NCBI GenBank assembly: GCA_951406725.2
Contig: OX597838.1
Span: 23,994,001 to 24,058,000 of the forward strand
From: Octopus vulgaris
Taxonomy: Eukaryota
Direction: 5' to 3'
DNA length: 64,000 nucleotides
Shown one piece after another: positions 13,438-25,235 of this stretch (position 1 is the stretch's first letter; each line of letters begins with the position of its first letter). Both the position numbers and the translations under genes were made by a program. The notes below the pieces were generated by a model. It was not told the DNA's origin. It saw nothing but the letters and a program-made list of their open reading frames with translations, and did not search any database.

Positions 13438-13819
13438 TATATATCATTTAGCATTTTTTCTTGTTGTTGTTGTTTTGTTGTTGCTACCCACCACTCTGAA
13501 GCACCAGACTAGTGTTCATACATGAAAGAGATCTAAAAATAATAATAATTAAAAAAAAAGAAAGAAAATTTGCGAAATTTTATTGATTGCTCGTCGTATG
13601 TTGATTACGCATGTAAGTTTTTTTGATAATTTAATAATTGGTAGTAAGAGTGTATTGTCGATACGGCTTGTGGTGGAGTCATGGAAGGAGAGGTGTTGCT
13701 TTGTGTCGGTGCAGTGCTATCAGTTGATAACATATGACAGTGCTAAAATCTGGGGCTGCTTTCTGTTTATTCTCTCAGAAACTACTGTCTTCAGTTTAAT
13801 TAAATATATTCGTATCAGT

Positions 13820-13985
13820 AGGCGCAGGAGTGGCTGTGTGGTAAGTAGCTTGCTAACCAACCACATGGTTGCGGGTTCAGTCCCACTGCTTGGCATCTTG
13901 GGCAAGTGTCTTCTGCTATAGCCCCGGGCTGACCAATGCCTTGTGAGTGGATTTGGTAGACGGAAACTGAAAGAAGCCTGTCGTA

Positions 13986-14035
<50 letters not shown>

Positions 14036-14250
14036 ATTGTGTGTCTGTGTTTGTCCCCTAGCATTGCTTGACAACCAATGCTGGTGTGTTTACGTCCCTG
14101 TAACTTAGCGGTTCGGCAAAAGAGACCGATAGAATAAGTACTGGGCTTACAAAGAATAAGTCCCGGGGTCGATTTGCTTGACTAAAGGCGGTGCTCCAGC
14201 ATGGCCGCAGTGAAATGACTGAAACAAGTAAAAGAGAAAAGAGTAAAAGA
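13820..14250 (+). mobile_element. SINE family A, near-consensus copy
   Basis: Head ggcgcaggagTGGCTGTGTGG (A box) ... GGTTCAGTCCC (B-box-like), body ccttgggcaagtg-like, internal (TA)n(TG)n, tail ...gactgaaacaagtaaaagag. More than 15 full or partial copies occur in the window. Confidence 0.88.
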
Positions 14251-14309
14251 GAGTAGCACCGTAGAAAAAAAAAACAGAAAAAAATTGGAGGATATACATT
14301 TTTGTTTAT

Positions 14310-15146
14310 CTTTTCTTGTATTTGTTCTTGTCATTGGACCGTGGCCATGCTGGGGCACTGCCTTGATTAATTTTAGTCAAACAAATTGACCCCAGTGCTT
14401 GTTTTGTTTTTTTTTTTTGTTTTTTTTTTAAAGCCTGATATTTATTCTGTTGGTCTATTTGGCTGAACTGCTTAGTTATGGATGGGGACATAAATACTCC
14501 AACACTGGTTGTCAAGCAGTGGTGGGGAACAAACTCACACACACATTTATTCAATGGACTTTTTTTTAGTTTCTGTCTACCAAATCCACTCAGGGCTCTG
14601 ACTGGTCCAAGGCTATAGTAAAAGACACTAGCCCAAATTGCCATGCAGTGGGACTGAACCTGGAACCATATAAGCTGAGAAGCAAACTTCTTACTTCACA
14701 ACCACACTTATGTCTTTCTTTTTAATTGTTTTTTCATTTTTTTCATAACTTACTCTTTTACTTGTTTAAGTCATTTGACTGTGGCTCTGCTGTAGCACCG
14801 CGTTTTAGTTGAACAAATCGACCCCAGGACTTATTCTTTGTAAGCCTAGTACTTATTCTATCGGACTACTTATTTGCCGAACCGTTAAGTTATGGGGACA
14901 TAAACACACCAGCATCGGTTGTCAGGCGATGTTGGGGGGACAAACGCAGACACACAAACATACAAACACACACACACACATACGACAGGCTTCTTTCAGT
15001 TTCTTTCTTCCAAATCCACTCAGAAGGCTTTGGTCGGCCTGAGGCTATAGTAGAAAACACTTGCCCAAAGTGCCATGCAGTGGGACTGAACCCAGAACCA
15101 TGTGGTTGAGAAGGAAGCTACTTACCACACAGCCACTCCTACGCCT
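14310..15146 (-). mobile_element. Two adjacent SINE family A copies (14310-14710 diverged; 14750-15146)
   Basis: Match to family A. Confidence 0.8.
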
Positions 15147-15179
15147 ACCAAGATATTTTAGAACAATATTTTGGTAGAT

Positions 15180-15760
15180 GATCTTCGAAAGAAGGAAAAA
15201 CAGCTATCTCCTTGTCAAGATTGCCTTGCCCTCTTCTTTTGGCAAGAAAGGGAACGCAATTTTCCTCTGTCTGGTGGCTATCATGAAAGAAGTAGTGTGG
15301 TGAATGAGGCTGTAAGGACTGTTGACAGATACTTTACTCTTTAGCCAGACCCTCATCAACTTTTTCAAATTCCACTTGTAAAGGAAAGTAAGGATGGAGA
15401 GGGAAATCATGTCCCCCTCCCCAGTATTTTTGTTTAGAGGTGGGTGAATGTGGCATGGATGGCCCATGTGGATAGGCCTACTCTCAACATATGCTTGTAA
15501 GCCGGAGGAATTGAGAAGGGGAGAGGCACCTCCTGAAGGTGTCCTTGGCAGTCATGGTGATCAGGATGTGTGGAATTCCTTGGTTGTCCCTGAGTGGAGC
15601 TCCCTACCCCTTTTGGGGAATTTTATTGTTGAATTTTTGTTGTTAACTGTTTTTGGTTTAATTTCATACACAAATTTTTGTGTTAAGCCCCACTTGTCCC
15701 TTCTGTCGTTTCGTCCCTTTCTGTTTTGTGTTTGGCCCTTTTGGCCAATAAATGAAAGAT
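15180..15760 (+). mobile_element. Tx1/L1-like LINE 3' fragment (decayed ORF2 C-terminus plus 3' UTR)
   Basis: IFLCLVAIMKEVVW*MRL*GLL...TLINFFKFHL*RKVRMERE...RWVNVA, then a T-rich UTR and AATAAA at ~15747. Confidence 0.6.
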
Positions 15761-16031
15761 CATTATTATTATTATTATTATTAAGTTGGTGAGCTGGGAG
15801 GATCGTTACACACTGGGCAGAATGTTTAGCGGCATTTTGTCTGCCCTTATGTCCTGAGTTCAGATTCTGCCAAGGTCAACTTTGCTTTTCTTCTTTTTGG
15901 TGTCATTAAAATAAATATTGGGGTTTGATGTAATCAACTAGGCCCCTCCTCCCAAAGTTTCAAGCCTTGTGACTATAGCAGAAAGGACTATTAGTATTAT
16001 TATCATCATTATTATTATTATTATTATTATT

Positions 16032-16703
16032 GAGTGAGAGAGCAGTTCATGCCATCAAAGTGACACTGGGGTAAAATATACGAAGCCCAATATACCCATC
16101 ATGACTACCCGTCTGATAAAGGTACACCAGGCACATGCATCACAACCATATGTGCGCGACATGGTGATCTCATATCAAGATAAACAGCACATGACCTTGC
16201 AGGTGGGGCCCAGTTAGAATTTTCTTTAGGTTGAGTAGCCCATCCCGCTCAAACGGTCCCTGAATAAGGGTTGTTTAAGGATGTTGAAAGAACCACCCAT
16301 GTTTCCAGAGGTGAACTATTCAAACCCCAAAGAATCCCTCTCAACACATGGCTATGATGCTCCCCCACTACTTCTGCTCATGATCAGAGATGCACATATC
16401 GTCAGCCACTAAGGGACATGCTCAACTGGTTAAGGTCAAACAACTGACAAGCAAATCTGTGGTATTGAGCAGAATATTTGCTGTAGCCCATCTTTTATAC
16501 CAAGACAAAGGTATTGAGCAGAATATTTGCTGTAGCCCATCTTTTATACCAAGACAAAAGGTATTGAGCAGAATATTTGCTGTAGCCCATCTTTTATACC
16601 AAGACAAAAGTATTGAGCAGAATATTTGCTGTAGCCCATCTTTTATACCAAGACAAAAGTATTGAGCAGAATATTTGCTGTAGCCCATCTTTTATACCAA
16701 GAC
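16032..16703 (-). mobile_element. Family E copy, truncated, ending in five tandem 49-50 bp units
   Basis: Alignment to 2478-3034. Confidence 0.8.
16462..16703. repeat. Near-perfect tandem repeat, 5 x 49-50 bp (gtattgagcagaatatttgctgtagcccatcttttataccaagacaaa)
   Basis: Units start at 16462, 16511, 16561, 16610 and 16659. The unit is single-copy in the 2478-3034 element. Confidence 0.95.
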
Positions 16704-17199
16704 TGTTATTATTATTATTATTATTCACAAAATTACTTCAGTTGTGTTGCTTTACAAATGCAATCAAACTATGCTTTAAATCCAGTTTTCAACCAGTTAT
16801 GTTTTGATATAAATTAGATTGGCAAGGTTTCTATCTTTCAGTTAGTATTTAGAAATGTCTGCTATTGATCCGTCTGCTGCCACCGTCTTTCTTCCCCCGT
16901 GCACACATACCGACTGGCCATGTCTTTCACACTCAATCTCCTCCTCTCTCCCTCACTCATCCCTCTCTTCCTCTCCCCCCCTCTCTCTCTCTGCCTGCAT
17001 CTAATGTATAATTTTTTCTTCTTTTCTTTTTCCAACTTCGCATTGTGCATCCAGCAAGTTCCTCTTTAAATTCTGCCCATGTTTCTCAATACACCACATC
17101 CGACATCGCATTTCTTATACGTGGCTTCTAATCCTCCTGTTATATGGAAAAATAATCTCTTGATTGAGAAAGAAACCATCCGTTTCTCCAAACTATAAT

Positions 17200-17585
17200 C
17201 TCCTTACTTTTTTCCTCTTCTCTTTTTTTTTTTCTTTTTCATCTTTTGTTTTCTTTCTCTTCTTTTCCATCCTAATTTTCACTGCATATTTATTCCAATC
17301 CTCTTGTTCTTTCCTTCTTTCTTTCTGTCTTTCTTTCTTTCTTTCCTTCTTTCTTTCCTTCTTTCCTTCTTTCTTTCTGTCTTTCTTTTTTTCCCTTCCT
17401 TCTTTCTTTCTTTCCTTCCTTCTTTCTTTCTGTCTTTCTTATTTCCTTTCTTTCTTTCTTTCTTCGCTCTCTCTCTTTCTTAATTTCTTTCATGTTTGCC
17501 TTTCTCTTCCCTCTCTTTCTTTCCTGTATGTTCTTCCCTCTATTTTTCTTTGTTAATTCTTTTTCTTTCTTCTTGTTCTTTCTTA
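17200..17585. repeat. (CTTT)n pyrimidine tract just upstream of the SARM1 exon
   Basis: Direct reading. Confidence 0.92.
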
Positions 17586-17609
17586 TATAAAGTTATTACA
17601 GCCGAGTGA

Positions 17610-17651
17610 TATTTATTTATTTTCTTCTTTTTTCTTTTTTTCTTTTGCAAG
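17610..17651 (+). other. Candidate polypyrimidine tract and 3' splice acceptor (or 5' UTR) upstream of the SARM1 ATG
   Basis: Long T/C tract ending ttttgcaAG at 17650-17651. An alternative tacAG is at 17600-17601. Cannot be distinguished from an unspliced 5' UTR. Confidence 0.4.
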
Positions 17652-17812
17652 GATTACATAAAGAAAATACTTCATATACTGATGACCGACGACTAAAAGA
17701 GAGAAATTACTTCGACACAAGTTAATTCAACAACAGAAAAACGGAAAAAGAAACCAAAAACCAAACCCAAAAACAACAACAGCCTAAGAAAGCATTTAAC
17801 AGAAACGGATTC

Positions 17813-19294
17813 ATGGAGATGGAAATAGTCTCAGACGATGATGCCTGTGGTGCTAATAACTCCCATAATACGGTACGCCGTATTATGTCAGAAGGAATTT
17901 TACAAAACGATGATGGCGATACAGAAAAATTTGACCCTTACCGAGCCCTCGAAAGGTCCCAGTCTGATGCATCTCTAATTCAGAACTTTGAAAGTGGAAT
18001 ATCTTCGTCTGTCGATACGACAGATGACGAAACTGTTCGTGTTAGAAATGTCGGACATAAGGTGTCCGAGTGCTCTACCGTGTATTACGACTTGTCGAAA
18101 GCCGTAGAGTGTGAAGTCAGCAAGACACAGAAAGGCCGTCCCCGCACCCCACGTGCTCTGGAAACTATTCCTCAAGATGAAGAACTGCAAATTGAAAAAC
18201 CCGTCAAAAATTTCTCACGCTCTATTAGCAGTGAAAGTTCATCTAGCATTTACGAAGACAGTGGAACGACCTTCACACAGAAGCTGTGTAAGGAAGAGAA
18301 GAGTTATAGTTTTTCTTCATCGTCTTTGTCATCGACATCTGTAAAATTTACCAAAGGTGGTCAGCAGGAGCAGATCGTTACAAAGAGCAAAACCACACTA
18401 AAGTCTACCATGCAGACATTCTCGCAGGAACTGAGAAACAAAATTCACGTTTTACACATTGGCTCCACACCAGAACAGATCGCTGCTCTTCGAGAGATGC
18501 TTGCCTTAATTGAGAACGCTTGGTCGACACCTGTTCACGGTCGAGATCTTGCTTATGGCCTCTGTGACATCATTCGCCATGAAGGTGCCCTCGAAAGGAT
18601 TGTTAGCAACTGCGGTTCCTCAAACAAAGACTTGTTGCGAGCATCTGGCCGAGTGTTAGAACAAATCATGACAACTGAAAACCGAGAAGCCGTGGCCAAA
18701 ATTGGTCTCGATACGGTGGTGAAAATGACTTACAAAACCAAAAATATGTGTGATATGGCTCGTACTTCAACCGGAATACTTGAAAGTTTATTCAAAACTT
18801 CTGAGAATACGTGTGGAGAAGTGATCAAGCTCGGTGGATTAGATGTCGTGCTTCATTGGTGTCGGTACACGGACAGGATGACTCTACGTCACTGTGCTTT
18901 TGCCCTTGCTAATTTAGCCTTGTATGGAGGGCCCGAGAATCAGGAGCTGATGATAAAACACAAAGTCGCCGAATGGCTGTTTCCTTTAGCGTTTAATGAC
19001 GACGACAGCATTCGCTACTATGCTTGCCTCGCCATTTCAGCCCTTGTTTCTAACAAAGAGATCGAAGCTGCTGTAGTCAAGTCCGGTACCATGGAACTTG
19101 TATTACCTTTCATTGAAAACCACACTCCTACTGAATTTGCCCAAAGTGATCAGTCTCACCAGCATGGATGTGCCCGGGAATGGCTTACCCGTCTTATCCC
19201 AGTCCTTTCTAGCAAGCGTGAAGAAGCTCAAGCACTTGCTGCTTTTCATTTTGCGATGGAGGCAGGAATCAAAGCAGCACAAGATCACAAGGAG
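17813..19294 (+). CDS. SARM1: First coding exon (494 codons) of a SARM1 / Ect4 / TIR-1 homologue (NAD+ hydrolase, ARM-SAM-TIR): N-terminal Ser-rich extension plus ARM domain. Gene continues beyond the window.
   Basis: The translation has SARM1 ARM motifs: [100 protein letters not shown] and [17 protein letters not shown]. In-frame TAA at 17723-17725 lies upstream of ATG 17813. Similarity stops at GAG|GTAAGA (GT at 19295), after which the ORF runs into (CT)n(TA)n. Confidence 0.93.
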
Positions 19295-19300
19295 GTAAGA
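19292..19300 (+). other. 5' splice donor (phase 0) of the SARM1 exon
   Basis: GAG|GTAAGA matches the donor consensus and falls exactly after codon 494, where coding-like sequence ends. Confidence 0.88.
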
Positions 19301-19419
19301 AAACATCCATTGTATTTTTGTGTCTTTTTCCAAAGAATTCATGCAACTATTTCACATAATTTCTCTGTATTGAATATTCAAAGAGTACCTAATCTGAAAT
19401 TACTGCTGACTCTCTCTTC

Positions 19420-19625
<206 letters not shown>

Positions 19626-19686
19626 TATATATGTATATGTCCAACCCATGCTAGCATGGAAAGCAGACGTTAAACGGTGATGATGA

Positions 19687-19727
<41 letters not shown>

Positions 19728-20160
19728 TGTAGAAATATTATTATTTCTAGGTCTCTCTAAAGGAGACTACGCCATCAGTACTGGATATTAATAGTTATCG
19801 CCAAGCAATCCATAAATATAGGACAAATGCTGCCGTTGATTAGCTCCAAGAGGCCATTGCCTCTAGCTAGCTATGTGACACACGAACCTGTGTCCATTAT
19901 AACCTTCGAATAGGGGAAGCGGCCGACCTCCCCTGTTTGAAGGTTATAATCAATGGCAGCATTCATCCTATATATATATATGGCTGTTTGTTGACAACTT
20001 TTTCTACCTTGTAAGTATATTAATACCCAATTTTAATGGTGATACTGCTTTCAGAAATATCACTTTCTTGTTCGTGTCATACGATATACATTCAACGTTT
20101 CTAAAATAACAAATGTAAGTTTGTTTATATACACACACATGGTTGATATCTATCTATCTA

Positions 20161-20231
<71 letters not shown>

Positions 20232-20554
20232 ATATATATATATATATGCACATCTTACAGCTCTATACTTTTGAGTGTGCTAAGAAGGCTTTGTTGTGAC
20301 TACATGGTTCTAGGTTCATTCCCACTGCATGTTTTCTATGGTAGCCTTGGGTTCAGCAAATAGATTTTAAGTAAAAATCTGGTAGACAAGAACTGTGTAA
20401 ATGCCATGCTTCTACATATGTGTGTATGCGTGTAAAGTGACCCATAGAATCTAGGGCTTACAAAGAATAAGCTCTGGAGTCAATTTGCACAACTAAATGT
20501 GGTGCTCCAGCATGACTGCAGTAAAATGATTTTTATCATTTCTTTATGAATACA

Positions 20555-20609
<55 letters not shown>

Positions 20610-20756
20610 TTGTCATCATCATGTAATGTCTACATTCCAGGCTGGTGTCGGTGGGACATACACACACACACAAATGTACATATGTATATATATATATATA
20701 AGAAATTAACTGTGTAAAAGTCAATACGAAGAGTACTCCATCCAATGAGAGTTCAA

Positions 20757-21012
20757 TATTACTAAATGTTTCAACTACATGTACTTATCATGCTGCTAAT
20801 AGTTTCCCGGTTTGTTTTTATTTTATTTTATTTTACTCATCAAGGTGGTGTCTTCCATTAGACATGCTTTATCTTTGTGCCAGATCTAAACTATTCCTCA
20901 ATTTAAATTAAAGTTTTGGGAGTATAGTGCGATTGACACCCGATGAACGTACGCATGTACGGGAAACTATTAGTAGCTTGTAAAGTACATGTAGTTGAAA
21001 CATTTAGTAATA
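20757..21012. repeat. Element with ~53-bp terminal inverted repeats
   Basis: tattactaaatgtttcaactacatgtactt...aatagtttcccg (20757-20809) vs cgggaaactatt...aagtacatgtagttgaaacatttagtaata (20960-21012). Confidence 0.8.
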
Positions 21013-21686
21013 CACACATATATATATATAGGGCAAATAAGAAAACGGAGAGGATATAAAATCGACAGACATCAGCCAGTAAACATTCAAGTATGTCTAT
21101 TTATTCAATTGTAAAGGATGAATACACGCACATGCATGAGTGGTTCAGATAAACGAGTGGGGAAAAAGCTGGTAACTGCATAGACACGGGTGTGGATACA
21201 TTTAAGTATATAGAAACAAATGAGCAAATGAGCAAAAATATAAATGGGTGAGCAGGTACAAGTTCCTTACGGCCGTTTCTGCCATGAGGCGACAACATCT
21301 TCCAGGTTATCTCCATCACTTCAATGTTATGCAGGGATAAACAGGCAAGGCTTGGATAATGGATGTGCCCCTAGGCTTCTTCAGAGGGTCTAAGTAGATG
21401 GTGGTGGTGGTGGGGGGCTAACGCATATAAAAGTCAATTAAGAATAGATAAGGTGTGCTTATTCATTTAAATAGAGTAGAATAAGAATAATAATAAGAGC
21501 AAGAACAAGAATACAAGTGAAATACAACAGAGTACAACAATATGGGTTTCTCAACCTCTAACTCACAAATATATATACATATTGTTAGAAATGGTAAGAC
21601 AACACAAGAATGAAAGAGACCTCGATATTATGTAAATAGAGGAATTTATCTGTAAATGTAATATGTGACAATTATTCAGTAGCCAT

Positions 21687-21747
21687 GATAAAACTCTGAG
21701 TTTCGGATGTCGGGGTGGAAATCCATGCCGCCATCTCTTCAGTTATC
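21687..21747 (-). ncRNA. Minimal type-I hammerhead ribozyme motif
   Basis: Minus strand: GATAA CTGAAGA GATGGC...GACATC C GAA ACTC A GAGT T TTATC. Stems I and III are perfect and stem II has one mismatch. Confidence 0.75.
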
Positions 21748-24700
21748 CGGCCATTGGAAAAAAATGCTATATATAAAGGCTAAAACCTTGTGGATGGATT
21801 TGGTAAGCAGAAACTGAAAGAAACTTGTTGTGTATCTATGTGTGTGCGTATAAGTAAACATACCTGACATAGGGCCATGAAATTTTGCCTCTCACTGTGG
21901 TAACAGAGAGGTGATGCATGTATTTTATATATGTATATGATTTAATTGCCGCCAAGTTTAGGTTACAATATGATGCAAGGAATTCATTCAGACAGGGTAC
22001 TCAAGACTTGTTGATGGAATTATTCAACTGTTTCAGGAAATGTCAGTACAAGTTTCTTTGATTAGTCTGTCTCTCTTCAACTAATTTTTTAATGATGATT
22101 AGCGTTAAGCATAAACATATGGGGAAATTGTTTCATTGCTGTTGACATACATCAAGCCTAACAAATAAATAAAATGGCCAATGTTTAAGAGAACCATTAA
22201 TTTGAAAGAGGATATGTTATAAAATAAGAGTTAAATTCGTATGAAGAGTATAAATTTTTTGAAATATTTATGGAGAAATGGGAAATTCATAAACATTTTC
22301 CACCTTCAGGTGAATCGGCTGCTTACTTTGAGTACTGCTCCAAATTAATAAAAATAATTGCTGGATATGAAGAGAATCCGTAATCTTAAATCAAATTCTT
22401 CTTTTTAGACAATCTGTCATGTAATCCTGTATTCTCCTGTACCCTTCATGAACCTTTAGTGGTTAATAAAAGCAACATTATTATTGTTACTATTACTAGC
22501 AGAAAGACCACCCTCTGGGTGGGTTTCTACTAGCCCCTTGATAATATTTTCACATTTGATTCTCAATTCTAATAATTTTTATATTTTATGTCCAATTATT
22601 TCTTTGGATAATAGTGCTCACTTAGTAAATATTGCTTTCCTTTTTTTATCACAGTCATAATTTCTCTCTTAAACAAACATCATGGTAGTCCAACAACAGC
22701 AGGAGAAGTAATTTGTCAAGTTTTACCTTCCCCTCAAAGCAACATAGAGATTACAATTCAGCAGCCCATCTGTAAGCTTTGCTGTGTGTGTGTGAGAGAG
22801 AGAGAGAGAGGCGGGGAGATAATATTGCAAACAGTGAATGAAATAAACATGAAATGAAAAGAATCATATAAATAAAAGGGCATTACAATAGATGTATACG
22901 CCCCCGACTTTGTTGCCTCATAATATCCAGAAAAATGAATACTTTATGACAAAATTTTCTACAAATACCACTTAGATGTTATGGCTTCAAAGTATATAGG
23001 GATTTATGGGAATTAATTTTTCCAAGGGGGTGGAGAGAAGAGTTTTGGAAAATTCACACGATCTGACTTTTTTCCTTTGCAACTTTCAGGAAAATGGGTA
23101 TCTTTTAATGAAAATTTATACAAATCCCTTTCAAATGACATAGATTACGATTTTAAAGAAATTTGTGGGGAAAATTTTTTCGAGGATTTTCCCCCCTTTT
23201 TTTTTAACCACAGCCTTCAAAATGATGGGGTTTTGGGGGGAGGAGGGCATCTTTGTATGAAAAAGTTTTGAAAACTCTTTTTTTTTTACACCCCCCTCCC
23301 TTCCCTCATTATCCCACTCTGGACCTATTTTGGCCAATTTTTTTTTGCACATTAAAACCACGAGAAGAGCATTTTCCATTTAAAAAATATATTTTCAGAG
23401 GGAAAAGTGAGTGATTTAAGGGCGATTTGGCTGTTGTTTCTAGCATATCCAAAGACAGCCCTCTTCAAATCTTTATTACTCTTGCATATATTGATGGTTT
23501 TTCAATATTTTTTCCCCATAAATACAATTATATGCTATAAAAAAAAAAATTTGAGAAAATATGAATCTTTTGCAACCCTAATCTATGCCCCCGATTGTTT
23601 CTGTTTAGAAATTAAAATATTGGAGAGCTGACATTTATCCACAGTGATTTAAAAAAATTACGGAGATATACTTACATAGTAAGGGACTTGATCTGAGATC
23701 GTGTGCAGACACAAAAACAATTGCAGCATAGAAGATGTTTGTAAGCCACTCAGTATCACACAAAAACCATAAGTTTCATTTCAAGATTTAAATTTAATTT
23801 GTGTCAAAATATTTTCTGTGCTTTGAAACCCTAACCTGTTAACTGACAAAACTTCACAAAAGTGATGCAGCACAAAGTTTTGTCAGTGAACAGGTCTCGA
23901 GGGTAAAAATTCAGATTACAATTTATTTTGTTGTTTTTCTTCCACCAATGGACCCCGCATTTGTTACTTCAGCATTATCATTCCATAAAATGTGTTTAAT
24001 GGGAGAAAAATGTTGAAAAAACATCAATACTTGTGAGAGTGAAAAGGGGAAAATGGCCAAAATTGGTCCCGATAGTTATTATTGCAAGGCTTATAGTGTT
24101 CCAAATAGCCATAACAACAAAATCACTTTAAAATTTTTTTACAAAAGTTATACAGGTATTTTAAGAAATTTTCATTCAATAAATAATGTTTTTACATTAC
24201 GTATACATTAATAGAATAAAATTGTCAGTTTTCCAAAAAGCTTGAAATGAAAACATTGAAAGAAAAAGTGAGACTCTGCAAGTAAAAATGGAATACTCCG
24301 CAGTGAATGCAATGAATATATAAATTTGAGAAGAATTGGATGCAGTGAATGCAATGAATTATTTATTATGTGAGAAATTGGAGTTTAAAAAATTCAGTAA
24401 ACTTGAGAAATTATAGAAGGAGAGGCTCTCCTTTGCCCTTGCAGGGAATGGAGCTAGAAGGGTTGAAAAGATGGCAGACAAATTGCCACATTTAATTAGT
24501 TAAAGTAAAGTTAATTAAAGTAAATTGTTTTTTTTCTTTTAAGCTGTAATTTTGAGAAATTAGGGAGTTGTGTGTTGAAAGAAGAATTATATGGACACGA
24601 ATTGTTGTTTTCTGTTCACATTAATGAAGAAGGGTGGTTGCTTAAAAAATATTTCTCTGGTATTTTGGGGTGAGTGGGGTCTCGTTTGTGAACCATTGGA

Positions 24701-24787
24701 GCAAATGACAAAGAATAGGACTACGAAGCTATGCAGACCCAACCAATACCATTCCATCGTAAGGAAATAGATGTAAAATAGAAATAG

Positions 24788-25235
24788 GTGATGATGATGA
24801 TGATCAGGGCAGCCATGATATTGAGGATGAGGATGATGATGACAATGATGATAATGGTAGTGATGGCGATAATGGTGGTGGTAATAATGATGACAAAGAT
24901 GATGATTATGATGATGATAATGATGATGGCGACAATGACAGGTGACAATAATGATGATGGCCAGGACAACAATGATTATTACGATGATGATGATAACAAC
25001 GGTAGGCAATGACAATGATGTTGACTACAAGGATGATGATGATGATGATGACAACATCGATGACAATGATGATAATGATAACAATGGTGGTGATGATGAT
25101 GACGATGGCAATATGATGATGATGATGATGATGATGGTGACAACAACAACGAGAATGGAGATGTTGACTATTATGATGATTATGATGACAAAGAGGAAAA
25201 TGATGTTGGTGGTGATGATGAGGACGACGACGACC
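24788..25235. repeat. (GAT)n cryptic trinucleotide tract
   Basis: Direct reading. Confidence 0.92.

Noticed and set aside
16462-16703. CRISPR-like regular repeats
   Set aside because: Units are directly adjacent with no unique spacers, the context is eukaryotic, and the unit is part of a dispersed element.
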